Assembly (NCBI GenBank): GCA_038496445.1
Contig: JALMLS010000455.1
Span: 744,001-808,000 of the forward strand
Direction: 5' to 3'
Length of the DNA stretch: 64,000 nt
From: Trichosphaerium sp. ATCC 40318
Lineage: Eukaryota > Protista > Tubulinea
Position numbers and translations under genes: made by a program. Shown piece after piece: positions 26,054-36,829 of this stretch. The notes under the pieces are model-generated. The model saw only the letters and a program-made list of their open reading frames with translations. It ran no database searches and had not been told where the DNA came from. Positions within the stretch are counted from its first letter, which is position 1. Each line of letters starts with the position of its first letter.

Positions 26054-27857
26054 TTATGTTATTAATGTAAAGTGAGGTGTTTTTGTGTTGTTCTGATCCA
26101 AAAAAAGGTTGATCTTTCTGTTGTGGCTTCTTTCAAGCTCTTGTCGCTCAAAATGTGCCTCGATTTTATCACGTAAATGAATCATAGCGTTGGCGACGGT
26201 TTGAACCTGTTACCTGCCTTTTCGGTTTCAAAAAAACGTGATCGTACCGTTACCGATTTTCTGTTGACTATAGCTCTCAAGCAGGCTTGTATGTAATATA
26301 AGACATAGTCGTATAACTGTAATGCCATTGTAACCTTTTTGGCGCGCTTTCAGTTCAAAATAGCATTTTCCTTTCTTTGGCGGACTCTAGTGCATTAGCA
26401 AGAGCCACAACGCGTACCTCTTAGATTCACAATACTTAATAAGCTCTTTCGAGCTGTTTCTGCACCACAACAGCGATCACAGTTGAAAACTCGTAAGCAT
26501 GGCTCATCAACTCGTTGTGACCCATAGAATATACAAGCGCTTTCAATTACCTAGTTTACCTTTTGGCAACCGTTCGCATACTGCATAGATTAACGACCTC
26601 AATAGACTTTGGTTCGCTCACAATAGATACAATGCGAATTCAAATGCCTTAAGCCTTGTTTCAGATAATGTCAGGCCGGTCAAATTCAGCTGAGATTTCC
26701 GTGTAGTTTGATACCTGCTTTGCTAGTTGATAATCATAAATACGCTAATGATCTATAGTCGCGTGGGCACGCTACATTCGTTAAGAAACAACAACAACAG
26801 CATGCTTGGTACAATATTATTTTTCGTTTTATTTTTTTTGTTACAGTAGTTGCACAACTTCTTTGTTCTTTCATTTTTGAAACTATTGTCTGTTTCATTC
26901 AAGTTTTGAGACAGACTGACTTTTAGCAAAAAAACTCCAGTTTCTGCCCGATCTGTCAGATCTGACGGATTTGACACTTCTGACAGATCTTGCAAATTGT
27001 CATTTTTTTAAATGTGATCTACCCTCACGTGAATGCAACCATTTCAAACCCACGTGATTTAACAAACCCGTATTTTATTTACATATTTGACGCCTGGCGG
27101 CGTTTACAAAGCCTACAGCAACGCTGGTGGTGTTTTGGGGCGGTTTTGACGTTGTTACACCTTCAATGCTACCATAGCGCTTCTGTTAGCGTGGGGTAGG
27201 CGCTAGCGTAGCGCTAGTAAGTTATACACGTTGATTTTTTGAAGCAAAACATGCAAACAGTGTTTTGAGGCATTCATATCGTGTTTGGTGGTAATGCGAT
27301 AGCTTTGTAGGACATCATACCTTTTTAATTCGCTTTTAGCGCATTGAACACCTCTGTGGTTGATCGTACCGTGTACAGTTGGCGTAGGTAAAATACTGCG
27401 ATCTTCAATGGTATGTTGAAACTTACATTGAAAATTTTGCTATCACTTACCGTAAGGTACCTAAGTCATACAATGAAGGACAACATTGTAACACAAATAG
27501 TTCACATTGTGATAGATCTACACCATTTGACAGAAGTGTCAGATCTTGTTAGATCTGCTAAAAGTGCTAAAAACTCACTTTCTAGAAAATATTAGTAAAA
27601 CTTGAATGAAACATACAATATTTTTTAAATCCTGTTGTGCGTAATATCATCTTCTTGTAATCGTTGCTTTTTTCTTCTCTTTTTCTTACCAACTACAACA
27701 CCAAGACTGGCTTTCTCTGTCATTTCGCTAGCAATCTTTTTTGTACCTCCTTGCATCATCACAAATGCCTCTCCTGACCTCTTTTACTTCTTCCTCATAG
27801 CCTTTACAGTACCTAGAGGTGTATCACCAACCACACCTCTCTTCTTCTTCAACTCCT
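26054..27857 (-). pseudogene. Probable decayed multi-exon gene interrupted by an inverted-repeat element
   Basis: Exon-like segments bounded by ..ag and gtacg/gtatg signals contain in-frame stops (e.g. ELKKKRGVVGDTPLGTVKAMRKK*, ETRLKAFEFALYLL*). No family recognised. Confidence 0.3.
26877..27628. mobile_element. Degenerate non-autonomous inverted-repeat (MITE-like) element, ~750 bp
   Basis: tattgtctgtttcattcaagtttt (26884-26907) is the inverted match of aaaacttgaatgaaacatacaata (27597-27620), with one mismatch. A second inner inverted match is tgacacttctg / cagaagtgtca. No clear TSD. Confidence 0.55.
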
Positions 27858-28156
27858 AATATTTGTACACCAACGCAAGGACAACCACTGAACGCCAATA
27901 ATATGCTTTAACCCTGAGTCCGTTATGTATTCTCCTTGTAAAATCTCTAAAAAACGCACACCAGACAGAAGCGATAGATCTGTATCTGTTAGTCGATAGT
28001 CCTTTGACTACTTCGAAATATCTCACCGTAACGAGAAAAATAACTTGAAAAATCAAATGAAAATAAGGGGCACATGTTGCCTATGCTACATGCTGTCAGC
28101 AAATTTGTACAAACAAACAATTTTCTAAGATGACAAACATGTGAGCATGAAATAGG

Positions 28157-28393
28157 ATGTATCATACAATATGCAATTTGGAGCCTGACGACTTTACACT
28201 AATGTTACGAGCAAGCAAGACACTCTACCACGCTGCAACTGAGCGTCTATGCCGATTTTTTTACAATAGATGGTTCACAGCGTATGAATCAGTAGCTTCT
28301 TGTAACTTGAGCTACCTTGATTTAAAGGAAAAAATGGAGATCAAAACAAATCTTGTTGACTTTTTTTTTGGAGTTTTTTTTACTTTTATTTGA
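28157..28393 (+). pseudogene. F-box-like relic
   Basis: HTICNLEPDDFTLMLRASKTLYHAATERLC resembles the C-terminal half of an F-box. The upstream ATGs at ~28130 are cut off by stops. Confidence 0.3.
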
Positions 28394-28458
28394 AAAGGTA
28401 AACGTGGCATTTTGGCTTGTAGAATCAACGTATTACATTCAGTTCTTGATCAACAGAC

Positions 28459-28965
28459 ATGATAAACAATATACCAAACGAAACACTCTTTGAAATACTT
28501 AAACATGAGTGTTACACTTCATTTAACTCTCTTTCTCTTGTTTCACATCGATTCAACAGCATAACGAAAAAACTCTTTAATGGCGCTTTATATCTACGTA
28601 ACATATGGGATAACATCAGCAACCACAAGTCTGGACTCAGTGGAGCAATTTTCAGCTATAGAAGCGGCAATGTTCCAGAGATGCCAAATGACCAACTGCA
28701 AAAGTGGATTGAGGACAAAATCTGGGTAGTTGGCAAGTGGAAAGAGATACCAAAAGAAAAATCGCAAAGATGTTTTATTAGGTCACTACAAAACTGTTTG
28801 CCTAATGGAAGAAGAAATACTGTATCATCTTTTTTAAAACAGTTTAATATTGAGTTCATTACAATGTTTGATTCATCATATCATAGCTCTGTTGGGTACT
28901 GCAATGAAGCATTTATTATAAGGGATGTTGATAACTCAATGCACTTTTTAAAGTTAAGTTGTTAA
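28459..28965 (+). CDS. Intronless F-box protein, 168 aa
   Basis: N-terminal INNIPNETLFEILKH..FNSLSLVSHRFNSIT matches the F-box consensus. AATAAA at ~29000. Confidence 0.75.
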   Translation: MINNIPNETLFEILKHECYTSFNSLSLVSHRFNSITKKLFNGALYLRNIWDNISNHKSGLSGAIFSYRSGNVPEMPNDQLQKWIEDKIWVVGKWKEIPKEKSQRCFIRSLQNCLPNGRRNTVSSFLKQFNIEFITMFDSSYHSSVGYCNEAFIIRDVDNSMHFLKLSC

Positions 28966-29059
28966 GGATGCCAATGTGGCTTCATTGTTTTTTGTATCAA
29001 ATAAAGATAAAATTGTTTAATCACAGTGCTGTCGGAAAGACCCTGTAACCGCTTGTCTC

Positions 29060-29140
29060 AATCAATTAATGGAAAGGGATCGCACATCTAGTGTTGTGCT
29101 ACATGCCTAAGGCATGTGGAATGTACCGTCGGTCAATAAA
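29060..29140 (+). mobile_element. Isolated LINE-3'-end-like sequence (truncated LINE relic or SINE tail)
   Basis: Shares aagggatcg, catgt-g..ggaatgtaccgtcg and gtcaataaa, in the same order and spacing, with the 3'UTR of the LINE at 2243-2333 (minus strand). Confidence 0.65.
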
Positions 29141-29894
29141 TAATACTGCTCATGACTCGCCTTATGTTTATTTTATCAACCAATAGTTTGGCAGTACTTG
29201 ATAGTATTGACTTATCCTACATAAATTACAAGGTAAACACTTATGAGAATAGGTGGTTGAAAGAACCTGTCGCGGTGCTGCGGCTTGAATTGTAAGGACT
29301 GTTTTATTCGTACAAGGCTACGGATTTAAACCCCCTGGCTATGAAATGAAACCAGTTTTTATAGTCGCTGACGCAATGACGGTATGGAGCCATTCCTCGT
29401 AGTTGGTCATTGAGGCCACTTTACTGTTTGAGTAGTGCCTCTTTTCTCTGTTTGAGTTCACCGAACATACAATACCAATGCTCCTAGACCGTCTCTTGCG
29501 CTGCTTTAGCACGTTTATGAACTTCTTTAGCCTCTAAGGTTATCCCATTTTCTCCAATATCACGCTTCCGTACACATCCGTAAGTCTCCCATCAAAACTA
29601 AGTGCTGGTTTTCCGTGTTTTCCACGAGTAGAAGGCAAAAAGTTCAAAAAGTTAAAGGTGTTAGTTTCCGGTCAGTGTATTTCTACTCTTTGATGCGCGT
29701 GAGCAGTGGTAGGTGAAAGCAAAGGAACTCTTCGCATTGTAATATCCAGAAAATAACCTAAACAAAAAAAACAACCGGCCGGGCTACAAAGCACAAAAAG
29801 GGTGACGTCCTTCAACTTTCGCACTAAATTGGCAGTGTGTACTTTTTCCTCATTTTTTGGTAAAAAAACTACAAGAAAAAAAAAACCCTTTCAG

Positions 29895-32152
29895 ATGTCG
29901 GCAACACGTGTTTGGACCTTTATTCTATTGTTTACATACGCACTAACTACGCTTGTACAAGCACAAAACATATCAATAACGGTTATTGGAAGTGGTAATG
30001 AAGGTAATTTGCATTACTTTTTCTATACATCGTAATGACTTGTTTTTTAGGTGACGCTGTACTTTCTACGCCACCGGAGTCAGTAATGATGAGAAACCCC
30101 TCGTGTACATTTATATACCTTTTAATAACCCCGTTTAACAGCTATGGGTAGTTGTAGAGGTTATTGAGAGCGGACCTGACCCTGAGATCGCATTTTCGGA
30201 TACTGGCAATCATGTGATACGATTACTGTCTAACGGTGTTGTTACGGTTGTTGTAGGTGCGTAGCATTTTCTAGAATTAATTAATTGTTCGTGGGCCGCT
30301 GGCGTGACGTGTTGGTATGTAGGTACACCGGGCCAATCAGGGATGTCTCCAGATAATACTACAGCAGCAGGGGCACTCATTGACTCCCCAACAGGTTCGT
30401 ATTTTTCCGTATTATTTATTTAATTGGTTTGCCTTTCTTTTTTTTCCTTCTTTGCTCTGTAACGTGTTTTATGTTTTTCATCGCTAACACGTGCGCATAA
30501 AGGGATATTACAATCTGAATTATTTGGATTTATTTTCTGCGACTCTGGTAACGATAGAGTGATGCGTATTGATCCTATGACACAAACTATCCATACTCTG
30601 GCAGAAACTGATACAGGTGCAGTTGTGGTTTTTGTTCTCGCTTTTTTTCCCAAAGTCAAGCCAAAATCATGACGCCCTTGTCTTTTCGCTTACCAATTAA
30701 TGTCATGACATAATGAGATTTAAAATAGCCTTAGCACACTTCGGTGGACTCATTAGAGTCATGTAGATAAGGCTGTATAAATATCATTAAGTTCTTTCTT
30801 TCTTTCTTATGTTGTGTTTAGTTGCCAACTTTTCGTGCGGTGGATTAGCACAAAATCCAAATGGGAATTTAGTGTACATTGCAGACCATGTGAATACCGC
30901 CATATGGACAATTGTAAGAAACAACAAAGTCCAAAAGACAAATTACTTACAATTATCTAATTTTAGGACAGCCAAGAGACGTTGACACGTTTGGTTGTTG
31001 GCCTTGCTGGTCCTCCTGTAGATATCACTATTGTGCCTCAATTGTCTGTTTTTTCAGATGCCATATGTGTTCCTGTACCAAGTAGACACATCATACAAAT
31101 CTTTTTAGATCGTGAACCATTTACCCTTACCCTTGGCACAATCGATTCTCCGGGTACTTTTCCTTTCTACCAAACTTGTATTAACTCCATAACCTACAGG
31201 TTTTACTGAAGCTGGAGCATCTATTCTTTCTACAGGCAATTTAAATACGCCAATGGGTGTCACTTCCTCTGCGGTACGCTTCTTCTTTTTCTAATACAAC
31301 TTAAACAAGTTAACTTAAAACGTTTTTCTAACTATCTTCTTTGTGTATCTAGAATAGATTATATATAAGTGAAACAGGAAGTGAAGTCATACGTGTCGCA
31401 TTCCTTGCAACTGATACTCTTCTTTTGGGGAATCTTTTAGGAAACAGAATAAGGTATGTTTCTGATACTTATGGCTAAAACTGGACATTACCTTTTCTTT
31501 CTCCTCTCCAGATTCTAATAGATTTGTTTCTTTTGTTTTTATCATTCTAGTAAGACCTATATCTAATACGTTTATAAGAGGGTTTGCTGGTGACGCAACA
31601 TCACTGGTTGAAGAAGTACGTTACTAGTAACAATTCTTTGAAACAAACTGCAATTGGGGTTTTTATTGTTTTACTAATCGCATTACGTGTAGTCACAAGT
31701 TAATATACCATTGGGACTTGCTCTTGATAATATAACTGTGTATGCCGTAGATAGTAGAAACTACAGGATAAGAGGTAAACCAACAACAAGATTGTAACAA
31801 TTTCACCCGCTTATCTTTCTCAGAATTTTCTGGTCAAGAACAGGCAGGAACTTTGCCTCCTATTGATCCACCAACTATAGCAATGCCTACATTTGCACCA
31901 TCAACAGAACCACCAACAACTACAGCACCTGTATCGCCAACACAACCAGCTACCACTGAATCGCCAACAGAAGCACCAACAGCTAGTCCAATAGCTCCAA
32001 CAGTGCCAACAGTGCCAGTAGCGCCATCTGAAGCTCCATCAAACCCAGTAGCGCCAACAACAATTGCTCCAACAAGAGCACCTCCAAGTAGTGCCTTTAT
32101 GGCTTCTTGGAGTATGTTCCTATTGGGAGTGACATTGTTGTCTTTGTTGTAG
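29895..32152 (+). CDS. Secreted NHL-repeat (beta-propeller) surface protein with Pro/Thr stalk and probable GPI signal, copy 1
   Basis: Signal peptide MSATRVWTFILLFTYALTTLVQA; NHL motifs IAFSDTGNHVIRLL, FIFCDSGNDRVMRID, LYISETGSEVIRV and VYAVDSRNYRIR; P/T-rich tail ending SSAFMASWSMFLLGVTLLSLL*. Confidence 0.85.
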
Positions 32153-32490
32153 AATAATAGCTGTACTTGTCTTTTTTTTTTGGTTTCGTTGCATCGGAAA
32201 TAAAAAAAGTATCTGGTACTGCGAGTTTGAAAATGAATGAACTTGAAGCTATTTATTACGTATAAGCTACTAACATAATAGCATGATACAAAAAGAAGTT
32301 ACACGAGAAAAAAAAAAAGAGCACGTGATTTCCACGTGACAAGGAATTTAGCTTTTTATTTCAAGTAGCGTAGTTCCAAAGTGACTGCTTCATCGTCTAA
32401 TAAGTCGTGTGTCGACTGATATTGACTTGGGGATTTTTTACGTTTACAAAACGTACCAGCAAAGGGAAAGTACAACATTACCACAAAATT

Positions 32491-34020
32491 ATGAACGACA
32501 CGAAACAAAAAGAGCTTTTTACAGTTTTAAACCTTCCAGTAGAAATTCAGCTAGCCATCATCGATTTATCCCTTGACGCTTACTACAAATGGCCCTTGTT
32601 ATCAAAACAGGCAGCCACAGCAACTCGGTTTGATAGCAATCTTAAAAAACATGGTAAATGGCTACAGTTTTCGTATCTACATCGTCGATATGGTGTAGTA
32701 CTAAGACGAGTTCAACGTTGGCGAAATGGTCTTGAGCATGGAGAGTATATTAAGTATTACCCCAACGGAAACGTGGAGCTACAAATGTTTTATGTACAAG
32801 GAAAATTTCATGGCACTAACAAACGGTTTTTAAGTACCGGTGAGTTGATATTTTCATGTAGTTTTAAGGATGGTTTGAAGCACGGTGATGAAAAACGTTG
32901 GGACCTTTTAAAACAATTGAGTCTGCACTCTAAGTATCGGAAAGGAAAGAAGCATGGTGAGTGTTCTATTTGGCATGGTAAGAAACTAGAGTTTAATGGT
33001 TTTTATAAAAGAGGCAAACAGATAGGAGTTCATAGATGTTGGTATGTTGTTGGTCAGCACGGGTATAGATTGAAGAGTGAGTGTACTTATAGGGATGACG
33101 AACAATATGGTAGGCTTATAGAATGGTATATTGATGGCACAAAAAAGGTAGATTTCTTTTATAAACGTGATAGTAATGGAGAAAAAACAGAATGGTATCA
33201 GAATGGACAAGTTTGTTTTCATTGCCTTTACAAGGATGGAAAAATGGAAGGAGAATGTAATGAATGGTATGAGAATGGGCAAGTCCGATTCCAATGTTTT
33301 TATCAAAACGGAGAAAGAGAAGGTGAATGCAATGAATGGTATATAACAGGTCAAAGGAAATCAAAATACTACGTTCATAAAAACAAAAAACATGGAGAGT
33401 TCAAGTCCTGGCATCTTAATGGAAATATCAAGACTACTTGCACCTATGTACAAGGTAACATTAACCACGTATACGAAGAGTTTTATGACAATGAAAGGTT
33501 GAAGTCAAGATATGAATACAACAATGGCAAAAAGAAAAAAGGTGTTGAATACCATAGAAACAGAATTGTGATGAAGAAGATTTCACACAAAGGTACCACC
33601 TTAACTGAAAGTACATACGATGATACTGGTACACAAACTACAATACAGCGGTTCAATGAAGAAGGAAAGATAGACGGTGAGTGTAAACAATGGCATAAAA
33701 ACGGAGTCATGAGTCTTCATTGTTTTTACCTTGATGGAAAAGAACATGGCACTTACAATGAGTGGTACTCAAATGGACAAAAGCGTTGTACATGCACATA
33801 CGAGGATGGAAGAAAGACAGGAGAATACATCCTGTGGGATTCCATAGGAAGGTTGAAAGTGAAATGCTACTATAAATACGGATCACGTGATGGTGTTTAT
33901 AAGCAGTGGGACGAAGACGGAAAAAAAGTTAAACTTCATGTTGTTTTCAAAAATGGAAGAGTTGTAGACCACATTACACTAAAAAACTATCAAACTAGCA
34001 CAGGTATCTATATGTTCTAA
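32491..34020 (+). CDS. Intronless F-box-like + MORN-variant (YwqK-type) repeat protein
   Basis: VLNLPVEIQLAII..WPLLSK at the N-terminus, then many ~24-aa repeats such as GECNEWYENGQVRFQCFYQNGERE. Confidence 0.85.
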   Translation: MNDTKQKELFTVLNLPVEIQLAIIDLSLDAYYKWPLLSKQAATATRFDSNLKKHGKWLQFSYLHRRYGVVLRRVQRWRNGLEHGEYIKYYPNGNVELQMFYVQGKFHGTNKRFLSTGELIFSCSFKDGLKHGDEKRWDLLKQLSLHSKYRKGKKHGECSIWHGKKLEFNGFYKRGKQIGVHRCWYVVGQHGYRLKSECTYRDDEQYGRLIEWYIDGTKKVDFFYKRDSNGEKTEWYQNGQVCFHCLYKDGKMEGECNEWYENGQVRFQCFYQNGEREGECNEWYITGQRKSKYYVHKNKKHGEFKSWHLNGNIKTTCTYVQGNINHVYEEFYDNERLKSRYEYNNGKKKKGVEYHRNRIVMKKISHKGTTLTESTYDDTGTQTTIQRFNEEGKIDGECKQWHKNGVMSLHCFYLDGKEHGTYNEWYSNGQKRCTCTYEDGRKTGEYILWDSIGRLKVKCYYKYGSRDGVYKQWDEDGKKVKLHVVFKNGRVVDHITLKNYQTSTGIYMF

Positions 34021-34554
34021 AGAATGGCAAGTAGCCATTACATTAAGGACTGCTTCATATTTCATTGTTGTAAGTACTCCTTTACTTTGTTTGTCTTTTT
34101 GGCCGTCACAATAAATATTATTTTTACTTGGCTTACCTGTTATCACTTTAAACTATGTTTTGTGCCTACCACCAATATTGGAATATGAGTAGTGCGTCGT
34201 CATATCCACCCTTTTTCTAAACCCATTTTCATCTTTGATTTCACCATTTTGTGAGGACATGTAGTTCATCTCTACGTAGTTAGATGAAAGCAATCTATCG
34301 AGCCGGCTTGACTTTGAAATAGCAGGCTTGTTATACTCCTTGATCAATTTGTCAGGCAAGTGATTCAAGCTTTGACAAACAATTCTCAGACTTGTTAGGT
34401 GCTCACTTAACTTATATTGTGCTGCTTTCAAGGAAGCGACTTTTTTTACCCGTTATATCTGCACCAACATGTTGGGTTGGTGTAAGGCATTCGGTATAAC
34501 ACTTTTTTTTTAATGCAACCTTCGAGGAGAAAATATTTTGGTTGTAGTTTTATA

Positions 34555-35903
34555 GGGACGATTTTTGTAAGCAGTTCACACCTCTCATATCAATGCTTTA
34601 TCCTGTGTGAATGTACCTTTGGAATGAATGGCTCTATTGTTAAGTTCTAAATGTGGAATAAATTATTTACTTTTTTACTTGTTTTTGGCGTTTTTTTTTA
34701 CGACTTAACTAAAAAAGCGTCAACTGAGCTTCATTGCTCACAAACAAATTAATTAAGCCAGTATCAGTTATAAACGGCGCTTGAAAAGCAATACACGCGT
34801 TGTAGTCTAAAACAAGGATTATGGTACCGAAATATCAACAAGTGTATACAACGTACCTTTAAACGACATTTATTGTGTTTAAAACGCTAAAAACGTTAGT
34901 TTGTGGTGTAAAGAATGAAGAAAAAGCGAGTTCCCAAAATTAACAATTACACAAGCTTTGACAAGCGTTTAAATTAGTGAAGTGTCACCTAACGCTATTT
35001 TCCATGTATTGAGATTAGTTTTACGCTTGTCGAGCATTGTGTAATTGATAAATTCCAATATTCTGTACTAATGGACCATTAAGCGATTTTTGGATTTAAA
35101 TACCTCAAGAGCTAATTGACCATCCCACACTTTTCATAGTGATAGTCAATATGTGTTGTATTACACAGTGTAATTTATAGCAATAGTTGATGGAGCGTAG
35201 TGACACAGTTTCTTTAAACCTGTTTTTGGTAAGTATTGAAGTATCTCCATGTAAAAACTAAGTTTTGTCTCTAAAACTCGTATAGTGGTAAAACATAACT
35301 ATAGAAAGCTTTGTGGCTATCTGACGAAATCAAGTACCCAAGCAAGAGTGAGTTTTTTTACATTTTCATATAAGTATTGTGTTCATCAACTTCTTTGAAA
35401 AAGAACCCTCTGTATTTTGATACCTAAATGATCAAATATGCTATAACCGTCCATAGGTAAACAATGATTTATTAAGCACCTGCTGCCAAAAGGAAAGATT
35501 TGCAAAAGGTATCTGTGGGTTAGAATGATTGTTCAAAACAATGTCCAATTTACAACAATTAGGTCTAGAGACAGATGATGATAGCTTTATGTGGGACACT
35601 GAAAGTGATAAAAAATGCCTTAAACGAAAGAATGTAATCCTTACTCAGTATGGTGGAAAATAATTACCTGCATAACATGGTGGTGATAGAGGAGAAGAAT
35701 ATGATCCCAGGCAGAAAAAACTCAGTTTTAGTTTCAATGAAATAGTTGATTGAAGCACACTATTAATTACCAGCAAGTTCTGGTTAATATCAATTATAGA
35801 CACATATGCGCTCTGAAGTATACCGAAAAATTGGGTATAAATAACATTTTTGAGGTGAGCTAAAATTTTTTTGAAAGTGTGAACAGCTTACAAAAATCGT
35901 CCC
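34555..35903. mobile_element. Non-autonomous DNA transposon, 1349 bp, GGG..CCC termini, TA target duplication
   Basis: TIR gggacgatttttgtaagc(a/t)gttcacac at 34555 and inverted ending at 35903, 27 bp with one mismatch. TA on both sides. No intact internal ORF. Confidence 0.8.
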
Positions 35904-36829
35904 TATGCACACATACTGGTCGCATTAGTGTGTAAAGAACAAGGCTTAAATCAATTTGTCAAGAACTTCCTTGAGGCGTTTTTGACTCTAAAACGAGGAA
36001 TGTTTACAAAATCTCGTGTTCGTTTGAAATAGAGATGACGATTTGTTGTGGAAACCCAGAAGCTGAACGTGCTTGCCACACATGATACAATTCTTAATCT
36101 TTTCTGTTTTCCGCACGTGTTCCATACACGTGCGTTTAAGAAAACCTGAGGGGGAAAATATTGTTTGGTAGGTTTATACAGTTCAAATTCTCACGTTGTT
36201 TACCCTACCATTGCAAGTACTGTATTTATGCGCGAAATAAAATACAAGGCGTTTCTGTGCAGTACGCCAGGAATTGTGACTTCTTTCTGGTTTTTTGAGC
36301 CAAAAACGAAGAACGTTTACAATCTCGTGTTCATTGCAGTAAGTTAAAAACACAGGTGAATTAGTGTATTGTGGAAAATTGGTGCAGTAAGCCATAAACA
36401 ACGAAATATATGTACAATGGACCTGTTGTACTTTATCTACAACATACACCTCTCCTTCCAAAAATGAACAAATTCCGTTTGAAATGTTGCCCGTACAATA
36501 CCCTTTCTTCGTGCGCCAAAACAAGCTATTGGATATGACTTTGGAGTGTAAACAAAGTACGATAATACAATGCTGAATTGACAGAAAGCCAATAACATCA
36601 ACTTATGAGAAAACTAAAATAGGGTTGTTTATTGATAAAGCTTACACCAAACGCATTAGAATTACTTTGTTGTACTTTCGAGGAGTGCTATTAGTGCCAG
36701 TAGAATTTCATTTCTCTCTTTCTGTGAGGTCTTTGACACTTTATTTGGTTTTTTGATTTAGTACGTCCATGATTTTCTTTATCAACATTGGTGTTTGCTT
36801 CTTGTAATTCTAGCTAGAGATTGACATCA

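Noticed and set aside
29230-29600. Coding-like stretch on the minus strand with several stops
   Set aside because: Possibly a relic, but no family was recognised and no splice model was found.
26054-29600. Stop-codon reassignment to explain in-frame stops
   Set aside because: TAA, TAG and TGA all end intact genes in this window, and the internal stops are confined to decayed regions.
32491-34020. Bacterial YwqJK toxin-antitoxin locus
   Set aside because: The repeat resembles YwqK, but there is no toxin partner, and the gene has an F-box-like N-terminus in a eukaryotic context.
34153-34431. 92-aa minus-strand ORF
   Set aside because: Non-ATG start, no motif, and adjacent to a TE.
35000-35800. 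Transposase inside the 1349-bp TIR element
   Set aside because: Only stop-riddled fragments (e.g. IVDGA); not enough to call.
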